The notes: generated by a model not told the origin, from the sequence alone. A stretch of DNA of 64,000 nucleotides from Rothia sp. (in: high G+C Gram-positive bacteria) (GCF_030540545.1 NZ_JAUNVZ010000001.1:290130-354129); one strand, 5' to 3'; shown: positions 1-11,161, counted from the first letter of the stretch. Program-made: numbers and translations.

Positions 1-485
1 ACGCACAGCGCCGGGTCAACATCCAGCTTCTGTGCTGCCAACAGGTACGGCTGAGGATCCGGCTTGGGGTGAGTAGTCTGCTCATTACCAATCACCGCAC
101 GGAAAACGCCTGCGGGAGCCGCATTGGCAGTGCGCTGGGCAATGGCAGTGGTCGCATTGGTCACCACCGCGGCAGGAATATCGGCACGTGCAATCTGCTC
201 AAGTAGGGGAGCAATGCCGGGCAGGAATTCCACGCTCTGAGTCGCCAGGGCCGAGTGCACCTTAGCCACCAGAGCATCGTTCATTTCACTATCGGGAAGG
301 TCTACCCCGCGCTCGCGTAGACGATCCAGGGTGAACTTCATGGATAGGCCCAAGCAATCCAGGGTGTCCTGCTCGGTCCATACTCCGCCGTGCTCTGCCG
401 CGAGCTCCGCCTTTGCGGCTGCCCATACGGGTTCGGTGTCGACCAGGGTGCCGTCGTGATCAAAAAATATTGCCTGCAAACTCAT
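1..485 (-). CDS. HAD-family phosphatase (3' end outside window)
   Basis: Manual translation from ATG at 485: MSLQAIFFDHDGTLVDTEP, containing HAD motif I DxDGTLVD; absent from ORF track because it is truncated by the window edge. Confidence 0.85.
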   Translation of the reverse strand, partial: MSLQAIFFDHDGTLVDTEPVWAAAKAELAAEHGGVWTEQDTLDCLGLSMKFTLDRLRERGVDLPDSEMNDALVAKVHSALATQSVEFLPGIAPLLEQIARADIPAAVVTNATTAIAQRTANAAPAGVFRAVIGNEQTTHPKPDPQPYLLAAQKLDVDPALC

Positions 486-494
486 ATTTCTAGC

Positions 495-1172
495 TTAACC
501 CCTGGCGGCGCGCACAACCCAGTGCTGATTTGCCTCATTTTCATCTGAGGAGGTGGCGCATTTCAGGAGCGCGCGAGCCACCTGTTCTCGCGGAATAAAG
601 GGCACGGGAGCAATTTTTAGATGCTTCTGACCCGGATGCACCGCCAAGAGGTCGGGTGTGAGTGAGCTGGGGGAGTTGGTGAGCATGCCCGCGTATACAT
701 AGCTCAATTGGGTGTCGCCGGACTCAAGTAAAGTATCAGCGGCATTTTTATCCCCAATAATCGCGCGCATTACGCTGTGGCGAGCCAGCTTAATCGCCAG
801 CGGCGCGCTGTCATATGAGGCGCCCGAGCCGATCGAAGAGAGAAGCACTAAGCGCGGCACTCCCGCAGCGCTGACCGCCTGCACAATGGGCGGTAGATTG
901 CGGCGCATAAAATCGGTACGCAGCATATTCTTGAGCAGTGAATCCTGTCCCAGGGTGCTAATGGCTGCATGCGCTCCGCGGGCTGCTCGGGTGAGTGCGG
1001 GGATATCCTCTAGCTCTCCTCGGATAATGCGTAGATTGCTGTGCTCCGGTAATACGGCACGGGCTTTGAGTTCATTGCGTACATAGGCGGTGACGTGGTG
1101 GCCGCTCTCAAGAGCGAGAGTGGTCACCAATTGGCCGGTGCGCCCGGTGGCGCCACATATCAGGATATTCAT
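495..1172 (-). CDS. NAD(P)H-binding Rossmann-fold oxidoreductase (atypical SDR, biliverdin reductase B-like)
   Basis: N-terminal ILICGATGRTG dinucleotide-binding motif; YVRN; LVLLSSIG; 225 aa. Confidence 0.8.
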   Translation of the reverse strand: MNILICGATGRTGQLVTTLALESGHHVTAYVRNELKARAVLPEHSNLRIIRGELEDIPALTRAARGAHAAISTLGQDSLLKNMLRTDFMRRNLPPIVQAVSAAGVPRLVLLSSIGSGASYDSAPLAIKLARHSVMRAIIGDKNAADTLLESGDTQLSYVYAGMLTNSPSSLTPDLLAVHPGQKHLKIAPVPFIPREQVARALLKCATSSDENEANQHWVVRAARG

Positions 1173-1287
1173 GCTTTGAGTATAGGCTCTTGGCTGCCCG
1201 TGGTCCTTGTCAGTGAATCGCTCTTAGGCTGTCAGAATCAGTCCGCATACTGGCAAAAAATCTTGAGTGAAACCCTTGCCAAGTAAA

Positions 1288-1308
1288 GTTGAGTGCGGTA
1301 GACTCAAT
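1288..1308 (+). promoter_or_regulatory. HAIR operator (HspR binding site) upstream of clpB
   Basis: GTTGAGT-GCGGTAG-ACTCAAT matches CTTGAGT-N7-ACTCAAG, about 60 bp before the clpB ATG; an extra CTTGAGT half-site at 1262. Confidence 0.85.
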
Positions 1309-1367
1309 ATAGATGATTATAAAGGGCGCATAAGAGAGCGTCCTGAACACTAAACACAAGGATAATA

Positions 1368-3965
<2,598 letters not shown>

Positions 3966-4011
3966 AAGATCCTCTCCGAGTACTGGGTTTTGCTCTACTA
4001 CCCAATAGTGA

Positions 4012-4055
4012 ATAGTGTGGGCGGGTGGGTTATATAACCGACCCGCCCACACTAT
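4012..4055. terminator. Bidirectional intrinsic terminator after clpB
   Basis: ATAGTGTGGGCGGGT...ACCCGCCCACACTAT inverted repeat between convergent genes. Confidence 0.75.
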
Positions 4056-4058
4056 ATT

Positions 4059-4888
4059 TTATTGATGAGCTAGATAGTATTTCTTGAACTTTTCATTGTT
4101 CTCTTTAAAATCATCTAGATCTTTTTGCAGCTGCGTCTCATTCTTTTTAATAAGGGGTAGCTGATATGCTGCTTCAAGATCAGCAAGCTTTTGAATTGCC
4201 CCGGTATCTACAGCGCATTGCGCTTCAATGCCGGCAACTCGAATTTCCTCTTCGGTGAGAGGGCTATCCGAAAACTTTGGACTTCCGTCACCAATAATTG
4301 CTTTCTCGCCCTCATGGCTCCTGAGAATATCGGGGTCTGAGTCAATAGTTAGTCCTTTATCTCTAATACAGGAAATCCAATCCTTTGTTGCCTTATTCCA
4401 TTCGGGATCTTGTTTTGCTGATGCGCGAGCTTGAACTTCCAAATTGCGTGCGAGGGGAACCCGACCGACGGTGCCGATTGAATTGAGGGTTTCTTTGGCT
4501 TTGTCCTCACAGCCGAATTGTGCAGGATTAGCGCCATTACCTCGGGGCGTACGCTGGGTGTAGCCGTTTTTGGCAGCGAACTCAGGGTTCCAGGAGGCGT
4601 ATTCGCGCCCGGTACCGTCAAGGCGTAGAGATCCAGGAGCTTCATACGCCGCTCCATTTTCGGTAAAACAATTTTTGATCAGCAAATCGTGAGTTTTATT
4701 GTAGTAGCCTTCAATACCAATATGCAGGTATTCATCAAGAGGCTTAATAATACGATTATTGCTATAGTCTAGAGTCGCGTGTGCAGATGTGTCTTTTTCT
4801 GCAGCTGGATTATTGGAAACGCTGGAACAAGAAACCAGAAAAATAGGAATTACTGCTAGCGCACCAAACTTCTTCAGGGTTTTTTCAT
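4059..4888 (-). pseudogene. Lipoprotein of unknown function, frameshifted in an A6 tract right after the start codon
   Basis: The ATG at 4888 reads MKKP-stop. One extra A gives MKKTLKKFGALAVIPIFLVSC (lipobox), continuing without a stop into the track ORF 4059..4685, about 276 aa. Confidence 0.75.
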
Positions 4889-4906
4889 TCCTATCTACTT
4901 TCTAAG

Positions 4907-4943
4907 AAGGGCGGGAGAGAATCGGGATTTCCCTCCCGCCCTT
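4907..4943 (-). terminator. Hairpin between the crystallin-like gene and the lipoprotein gene
   Basis: AAGGGCGGGAG...CTCCCGCCCTT inverted repeat. Confidence 0.55.
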
Positions 4944-4961
4944 GTATAAATATATAATTAT

Positions 4962-5312
4962 TTACTCATCACAGCGCTGATATGAAGAGATGCGATCATT
5001 CCAATCGCCCCAATGAGTGCGGCCTGCGTAGTAACCGGCAAGAGTCGAGAAGTCTTGTCCATTGGTGTAGAAATAGTCCCCACCGTATCCGGCGTGATCA
5101 TACATGCGGTAGCATTCGTGATAGCTGCGGAACGAAGTTACCTGGTCGTTGAACGCATCCCCAATATATGCTGAAGAAGCATATGCATTGGTATTGTGGG
5201 ACCAGCCCGTGTACCATGCGTCCTTATAGAAGACGATGGCCTAAGACGGGGCTGAGGATGCGAGAAGTATGCCTCCTGCAAAGACAAGTGATAGTAAGTT
5301 GCGAACCTTCAT
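4962..5312 (-). pseudogene. Secreted beta/gamma-crystallin-like (inhibitor I36-type) small protein with in-frame TAG at codon 24
   Basis: Manual translation: MKVRNLLSLVFAGGILLASSAPS*AIVFYKDAWYTG...FNDQVTSFR...RMYDHAGYGG...WNDRISSYQRCDE; signal peptide plus two Greek-key motifs; GAAAGGA RBS. Confidence 0.75.
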
Positions 5313-5460
5313 GGTTTCGTCCTTTCAGCGTGATATGATGAAGAGCGGTCTTTGCTCTCCGAGAAGCGAGCACGCTGTTGTACTCAACTGTCTATCAAGT
5401 TTTATAGGTTTGTTACATATATCCCCCTTGAGAGTAGGTCTACGCTGATATATGTAGAGT

Positions 5461-5512
5461 AATACACAAAACTCTCGGTGTGTCATGCGACACGCCGAGA
5501 GTTTTGTGTATT
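5461..5512. terminator. Long hairpin terminator downstream of the ABC-F gene
   Basis: AATACACAAAACTCTCGG...CCGAGAGTTTTGTGTATT inverted repeat. Confidence 0.75.
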
Positions 5513-5518
5513 GGGTAA

Positions 5519-7177
5519 TTATTCGGAGAGATTCAGCGTGAACGTGGGCTTGAGAGCAGATGCGAAGTGCTCATGATGGCTAATAAAAAGCACAGCACCC
5601 TCATATACGCTCAGCACTTGAATCAGCCAATCCAGAGTAGAGGCATCCACATTATTGCTCGGCTCATCCAAAATCAGCAGACGAGGCGCCGGGGCGCTCA
5701 GCAGAGCGCACGCCACCGCCGCACGGAACTTCTCCCCACCGGAGAGCACACTCACATCCTTCTGCACCGTATCCGCGCGGAAAAGCAGGGAAGCAAGAGC
5801 ATCACGAATCTCCTGCTCACTCAGTCCGGGATTCACCCGCGCAATAGCCTGCAATAGGCTCAAACCCGACTCGAACCTTAGCCGCTGCGGAATATACCCA
5901 ACATCACCCGTTGCAAGTCGAGCCTCAAAACGCTCATTACGGTGCCCCGCAGCAGCCAGCTCAAGCTCGGCAGAAGAACCGGTAGGAGCGCTGGCTACAA
6001 TAGTGCGAATCAGAGAAGTCTTGCCCACACCATTACGCCCGCTAATACGCACACGATCCCCGTAATTCACCAGCATATGAGCACCGCTTTCCCTGTCCAC
6101 AAGGCTCAAAATCTGCTGATGGGCATGGCCGGATAAGGCGGGCATACGGAAATACACATGCTGCTCTTTACGTACAGCCCGCTGAGCCTGCTGTTGCTTC
6201 TGTTCGGCACGTTCACGGGTCGTATCGTGCACCCTCTGAGCCCTGGCAGCGGCAGACTGGGAGGATTGCTGCATGAGTCGCTTGAGCAGCTTATCGTTTT
6301 CCCCGCTGTGACGCACCTGGGAGGCAGAACGCGCACTACGCTCCTGCGCACGCACCCATTCACGCTGCTGCTTGCGAGCCTCGGTTTTTGCTTCCTGAGC
6401 TTCTTTCGTCGCCTGCTGTTGGGCGGCGTGTACCAGCTGCTCATAGTCGGTGTAGGAGCCCGGATAGAGAGTAAATTCGGTACCTTCGCGCCCGGAGTAG
6501 AGCTCAAGAATATGGTCACAGATATCCAGCAGCTGCTTATCGTGACTGACCATGAGCACCGGAATACTCAGAGCTTGAAGACCTGTCAATAATTCTGCCT
6601 GAGCGGCGGAATCTAGGTTATTACTCGGCTCATCAAGAATAAGCATTCTAGGATTCGGGTAGAGTGCAGCCGCCACAATAGCACTCACCAGCTGACCGTC
6701 AGAGAAACTCTCCACAGGACGAGCAAAGAACTCATAGAGCGCCGCACTCTCCAAACCCTGATAATCCAGGGCAGGGCCGAAAGAGCGCTCGCATAGATAA
6801 GCGTGTACCCGCTCGGCACAATCCCACTCATTGCCAATCAGCTCATAGAGCTCAGGCTCATATTCGCCCTCTTCCACGCGCTGTAGTGCATCCAATATGG
6901 CGGTAATACCAAAAATATCCGATAGACTGCGATAGCGATCCAGCCCCAAATCCTGCGGCACATAGGCGAAGGGCTCGGGTACGCTCACCGAGCCACGCGA
7001 GGGCTTAAGCTCACCAATAATGAGCTTAAGCAGGGTGGTTTTACCGGTGCCGTTATCGCCCACAATACCGGTAATTCCGGGCGGAATGACCAGGTTCAGG
7101 GAATCAAGTAGAGGCGCCTGACCGGGGTGCGCGTAGGTGCAATGAGAGAAGCTGATATTCATCATCTGGGCTGTCAT
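5519..7177 (-). CDS. ABC-F family ribosome-associated ATPase (antibiotic-resistance-like subfamily)
   Basis: Two NBDs (GDNGTGKT, GRNGVGKT; two ILDEPSNN Walker B motifs), helical linker, no TM segments; likely start ATG 7177 after GGAGGA (track extends to 7255). Confidence 0.85.
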   Translation of the reverse strand: MTAQMMNISFSHCTYAHPGQAPLLDSLNLVIPPGITGIVGDNGTGKTTLLKLIIGELKPSRGSVSVPEPFAYVPQDLGLDRYRSLSDIFGITAILDALQRVEEGEYEPELYELIGNEWDCAERVHAYLCERSFGPALDYQGLESAALYEFFARPVESFSDGQLVSAIVAAALYPNPRMLILDEPSNNLDSAAQAELLTGLQALSIPVLMVSHDKQLLDICDHILELYSGREGTEFTLYPGSYTDYEQLVHAAQQQATKEAQEAKTEARKQQREWVRAQERSARSASQVRHSGENDKLLKRLMQQSSQSAAARAQRVHDTTRERAEQKQQQAQRAVRKEQHVYFRMPALSGHAHQQILSLVDRESGAHMLVNYGDRVRISGRNGVGKTSLIRTIVASAPTGSSAELELAAAGHRNERFEARLATGDVGYIPQRLRFESGLSLLQAIARVNPGLSEQEIRDALASLLFRADTVQKDVSVLSGGEKFRAAVACALLSAPAPRLLILDEPSNNVDASTLDWLIQVLSVYEGAVLFISHHEHFASALKPTFTLNLSE

Positions 7178-7256
7178 ATTCCTCCTGGGGAGCTTCAACG
7201 CTCGGATAGGCGGGTGCAGTACAGATAGGGGAGAGGCGGCCCATAGTGAGGGCATG

Positions 7257-7440
7257 AAAAAACCTCGCCGGCGGCGCTATATAGCGTTAAAGATTCTGGT
7301 GCACCCGAACAATGTACGGGGTCTAGTCAACACGGGATCACGCTGAAGGTGATGGCCTGTGGATTAGATATTCACCGGATTCTTCTCTTTCGACGAGGGA
7401 TAAAGTCAGGCACGATTGGCACGCCTATAGCCATTCTATA
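7257..7440 (-). promoter_or_regulatory. Putative attenuator leader of the ABC-F gene with 3-codon uORF (M-N-I)
   Basis: -10 TAGAAT (7433-7438), purine-rich SD GAAAGAGAAG, GTG AAT ATC TAA (7375-7364), then GGCGAGG followed by a U6 tract (7262-7257). Confidence 0.5.
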
Positions 7441-7570
7441 CCCACTTTTACTCCACAAGCAAGCATCCCGCATATGGTGCTGGATGCAGGGGAGAGGAGA
7501 TACTGGAAAATAAAATGCGAAGAGCCTGGGTATATGGGTGCCAGACTCTTCGCACATAGAAATAAATTAA

Positions 7571-8227
7571 TTATTTTTTCTTCTTCGGAGAGTACCATGA
7601 AGAAAGGGAGCAATGAGCACTTGCATAGTCGCCGGTAGCTTCCTGATGGTCTACAACTTCACCGTCGACCTTGATTGTGCAGGAAACACTAGTCGCTCGT
7701 TCGTTGAGGCTGAAACCGGTAGAAGCGCTCAGAGAATAATACTCATGTCGTGGAAGCTCGATAGTCTTTGACCATTCGCTGGAAAAATCTTCACTGCTGT
7801 GAGTGCTCAACGTGCCATGTGAAACGTCAGCATCTCCATTAGAGGTTACCAACAGTTCAACCTGGTAGGTAGATGGGGTAGTTATACGGGTTTTAGCAGG
7901 AGTTGTTTCCTGCTTAGCAACTGGTGTTTGAACGTTTTCCTGTTTGGGCGCTGCAGGAGCTGCTGCAGAAACATTCGCCTGTGCAGGTGCAGATGCTGCT
8001 ACAACACTTTTCGAAGCACTAGCAGATGCCTTAGAAGAAGAGCTTGAAGCACTGGCACCAATGACCAGAGCACTACAACCGGCAAAGAGAAGCGCCATAC
8101 CCGCGCAGCCGCCACCGAGTGCCCACAGCCAGGGCTTGCTCTTTTTCTCCGGAACCTGTTGCGGGTAATAGACCGGTATCTGCTGCGGCTGCTGATTATT
8201 AGGGGACGAGAAATTATCCTGAGACAT
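7571..8227 (-). CDS. MmpS-domain single-pass membrane protein (paralog 1)
   Basis: P/Q-rich N-terminus, KPWLW-TM, S/A linker, C-terminal domain with VSCTIKVDG...AHC cysteine pair typical of MmpS. Confidence 0.75.
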   Translation of the reverse strand: MSQDNFSSPNNQQPQQIPVYYPQQVPEKKSKPWLWALGGGCAGMALLFAGCSALVIGASASSSSSKASASASKSVVAASAPAQANVSAAAPAAPKQENVQTPVAKQETTPAKTRITTPSTYQVELLVTSNGDADVSHGTLSTHSSEDFSSEWSKTIELPRHEYYSLSASTGFSLNERATSVSCTIKVDGEVVDHQEATGDYASAHCSLSSWYSPKKKK

Positions 8228-8250
8228 AATAAACCTTGAGTGAATAGTAA

Positions 8251-8290
8251 TATTCTGTTACTCCACGTGACATAGTGGAGTAACAGAATA
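8251..8290. terminator. Hairpin between MmpS paralogs 2 and 1
   Basis: TATTCTGTTACTCCAC...GTGGAGTAACAGAATA, 16-bp perfect stem. Confidence 0.7.
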
Positions 8291-8301
8291 TTGAATGTGT
8301 T

Positions 8302-8774
8302 TTACTTACCGTAGCCCCAGTCAATCGGCTTGGAGCAGGTTACAGAGACATGATCGCCACTTGCATCGTGGGATTCGTGCTCCACACCATCAATAAGAAC
8401 GGTGCAGCTCATTTCAGTAGCACCATCGATGATATCGCTAGAACCGTAGGCGCTATAGTAATCACGGCCCTTAACCTCTACAGTCTTAGACCATTCGCCA
8501 TTGAATTTTTCGCTGCTGGTAGAACCAGAAGGACCGTACACGACAGAGGCAGGGCCATTGGACTTAAAACGGAATTCTACGGTGTGAACCTTGTCGGCTT
8601 CTGCACTAGCAGAGCTAATAGTATCGGAAGTAACCTTTGCAGCGCCACCAATAAGAGCGGTGCATCCTGCAAAGAGCAGAATAATAACCAGGCAGCCGCC
8701 GCCCAGGAACCAGAGCCAGGGACGGGACTTCTTAGCTACGGGTGCGCTGGGGGGGGGGGAGTAACAGTAGACAT
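8302..8774 (-). pseudogene. MmpS-domain membrane protein (paralog 2), out of frame at a C11 tract
   Basis: ATG 8774 with GGAG RBS reads MSTVTPPPPAHP-stop. With C12 it reads MSTVTPPPPSAPVAKKSRPWLWFLGGGC...MSCTVLIDG...VTCSKPIDWGYGK (157 aa), closely similar to paralog 1. Confidence 0.8.
8749..8759 (-). repeat. Poly-C11 homopolymer in the 5' coding region
   Basis: 11 consecutive G on the + strand, consistent with the AGGGGV translation in the track ORF 8350..8847. Confidence 0.9.
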
Positions 8775-9003
8775 GGAAAACTCCAATCGAGTGAGATATG
8801 TGAGTGGTGAAGGGCGCGTTATTGCGCCCATCATGCGATTAGTATAGCTGAAATTCACAGGGTTCTGTTCTTAAACGGTCACTCGCTGCCTATAGAGTTG
8901 GGTCACATAAGTTTATGGCCTGGTTATACGTCCGAAGAGGGAAAACCGGGAAGGAATACCGTGTAGAGGTATCCATCCCGGTTCTTACTTAGTTCTGAGG
9001 TGC

Positions 9004-10014
9004 TTAGGAAAGGTCGAGGTCGTCCAGTAGGAGCTCTAAAGAAGGACCGACCATGCCGCGCCATAGGTAGGTGACCTTCGCATCCGCACGACCCGGGCCA
9101 CCATTAATTACACCCACCGGCTTACCCGCACGCAGCATATCCAACACCATCTTATAGCCACTCATCACAGCCACCGAGGTACCCACCAGCAGCAGACCCG
9201 AAGAGCTCTCCTGCAACTGCTTCAAGCGTGCCTTACGATCAGCAGGAACAGCCTCGCCAAAATACACAACATCCGGCTTCATACTCAAACTACCGCACAG
9301 ACGGCAACCAACCATCGTGAAATCCCGAACCTGCTCCTCCGAAAGGTCCACGTCACCATCGGGATTCACCCGCAAATTAACTTCTTCCAGTCGCTGCAGG
9401 TAGCCCGGGTTCGCATCCTCCAGGCGACGGTCAAAAGACTCGCGGCTCTCAAACTCACGGCAGCTTAGACACTGCACGCGACTCATATCCCCGTGCAGCG
9501 CCAGCACATTATCAGCGCCCGCATCCGCATGCAGACCATCCACATTCTGAGTCACAATAGCGCTCAACGCACCGGCAGCCTGCAACTCCGCCAGAGCATA
9601 GTGCGCACGATTCGGGTGAGCCTGCTTCATACGACGCCAACCCACATATGCACGCGCCCAATAGCGCAGGCGCGCCGCATCATCGTACATAAACTCCTGG
9701 TAGGTCATCGGGCGGTGATCGCGTAGAGCACCCTGAGGGCCACGATAATCCGGAATGCCAGACTCGGTACTGACACCCGCACCGGTCAAAACCAGCACAT
9801 TCCCCGCGCGCAGCATAGAGGCAATACCGGCACGAGCGGCATCATTATCAATGGGCGTATCAGAATCAGAAACCACGCGCGCAATGGAACGCAGGGCAGC
9901 ACGATGCACCGCGGCAATCTCTTCATTATCAAAAGCGGAATCGGTCCAGCGCGCCATGAAACTCCCTGTGTCTACTGAGCCCGCTCTATGCCGGGCAAAA
10001 CTCTCATCCACCAT
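9004..10014 (-). CDS. cobB: Sir2-family NAD-dependent protein deacylase (CobB-like sirtuin)
   Basis: LTGAGVSTESGIPDYRG, TQNVDGLH, LHG, CxxC...CxxC zinc site, KPDVVYFGE, GTS; start may be ATG 9957. Confidence 0.9.
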   Translation of the reverse strand: MVDESFARHRAGSVDTGSFMARWTDSAFDNEEIAAVHRAALRSIARVVSDSDTPIDNDAARAGIASMLRAGNVLVLTGAGVSTESGIPDYRGPQGALRDHRPMTYQEFMYDDAARLRYWARAYVGWRRMKQAHPNRAHYALAELQAAGALSAIVTQNVDGLHADAGADNVLALHGDMSRVQCLSCREFESRESFDRRLEDANPGYLQRLEEVNLRVNPDGDVDLSEEQVRDFTMVGCRLCGSLSMKPDVVYFGEAVPADRKARLKQLQESSSGLLLVGTSVAVMSGYKMVLDMLRAGKPVGVINGGPGRADAKVTYLWRGMVGPSLELLLDDLDLS

Positions 10015-10268
10015 AGTAGAGGCTTGAGGCGGTGCTCGCGCTCGCTTATACCCTCAGCTAAGCTCGCCCCGAGCGATATCGGGTACAGAAGGTGCACACA
10101 TAATTCCCAGGGAATACACATGAGCTACACCCTTCAAAGTGGGATATTCGGCGAGGTCAAGAGGCTATTATATTGAAGTATCTGTGCTGTGTACCCGATA
10201 CATGGATCGCGCGGCGCAGAGCCGATAGTGAGAGTTATCTACCCGTCTATTTTCGTCAAGGAGGCGTG

Positions 10269-11015
10269 ATGAGCGTTCCCCCGCAGCACCCCAAACAGAA
10301 TCAGCCCTACGGTGCTGCTTTCGACCCGGATGCGCCCTTTGACCCCAACGCACCCTTTAACCCGGTGGCACCGAGGTATGGGCAGCAACAGCAGCAAAAT
10401 GGCCAGGGCTACGCGCAGCCCTCACCCTATGCCCAAGCCGCGCCCCTGGCGCCTCAAACCCCGCAGCGATCCGCCTACGCTCAGAGTGCCTATGCGCAGA
10501 ATGCGCACGGGGCGCAGCATCATAGCGGTCCGTTGGATGCACCCTACGCCCACACCATCGAAGAAGAAACCAAACCCATCTGGCCTTGGGTCAGTGCCGG
10601 CGTGGGTGTTGTGGTGCTCGTGCTGATTGTGGCTGTGGTTCTTGCCTTTAGCGGCGCTCGGGGTAACGCGCCCACGCCGGCGGCAAGCGCCATTTCCTCA
10701 CCGAGTCCCTCGGCGACCCAGGGTGTATCGGTGACTCTCAAAGTTCAAAGCAATGGTGCAGCGGATATTAGCTATGGCAGTATGAAGAACTCTTCCAAAG
10801 CCAAGGACTCTATCAATGGTGCTTGGTCTAAAGATGTACATATTCCCGCAGGTCAGGATTATTTCGTCAGTGTATATGCCCACGGTGCTGATAGTATCAG
10901 CTGCTCTATTTTTGTGGACGGCAAAGAGGTCGATACTAAAAGCGCCACGGGATCCAGCTCAAGTGTGTACTGCTCAATTCCCCTTGATGTGCTCAACCAG
11001 AAGAATAAGGTCTAG
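10269..11015 (+). CDS. MmpS-domain single-pass membrane protein (paralog 3)
   Basis: Q/P-rich N-terminus, KPIWPW-TM, ISCSIFVDG...VYC; start ATG 10269 after AAGGAGG (track extends to 10173). Confidence 0.75.
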   Translation: MSVPPQHPKQNQPYGAAFDPDAPFDPNAPFNPVAPRYGQQQQQNGQGYAQPSPYAQAAPLAPQTPQRSAYAQSAYAQNAHGAQHHSGPLDAPYAHTIEEETKPIWPWVSAGVGVVVLVLIVAVVLAFSGARGNAPTPAASAISSPSPSATQGVSVTLKVQSNGAADISYGSMKNSSKAKDSINGAWSKDVHIPAGQDYFVSVYAHGADSISCSIFVDGKEVDTKSATGSSSSVYCSIPLDVLNQKNKV

Positions 11016-11041
11016 GCTGAGCTACTAGCCTTTATATACTC

Positions 11042-11073
11042 TGCGCCCCGGATACATGTGTATCCGGGGCGCA
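11042..11073 (+). terminator. Hairpin after MmpS paralog 3
   Basis: TGCGCCCCGGATAC-ATGT-GTATCCGGGGCGCA. Confidence 0.7.
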
Positions 11074-11133
11074 CCTCTTTAAAACCTTGCCAAGGGGAGA
11101 GATAGGGTCATATAGAGAAAAGTTTGCGTCATA

Positions 11134-11161
11134 TTCAGGAAACATTCAGAAAATACTCATA
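11134..11161 (+). promoter_or_regulatory. 11-bp-period direct repeats (OmpR-family, MprA-like box)
   Basis: TTCAGG-N5-TTCAGA-N5-CTCATA about 90 bp upstream of paralog 4. Confidence 0.35.

Noticed and set aside
8350-8847. 165-aa plus-strand ORF spanning the G11 tract
   Set aside because: Antisense shadow of MmpS paralog 2, whose minus-strand frame has an RBS and clear similarity to paralog 1
9004-10014. Sir2 domain as a possible anti-phage NADase
   Set aside because: Stand-alone sirtuin with zinc-binding cysteines and ordinary deacylase motifs; no defence partner domains nearby
10120-10176. 18-codon ORF MSYTLQSGIFGEVKRLLY after AGGGAA
   Set aside because: Too short to support; lies in a divergent promoter region; no recognisable motif
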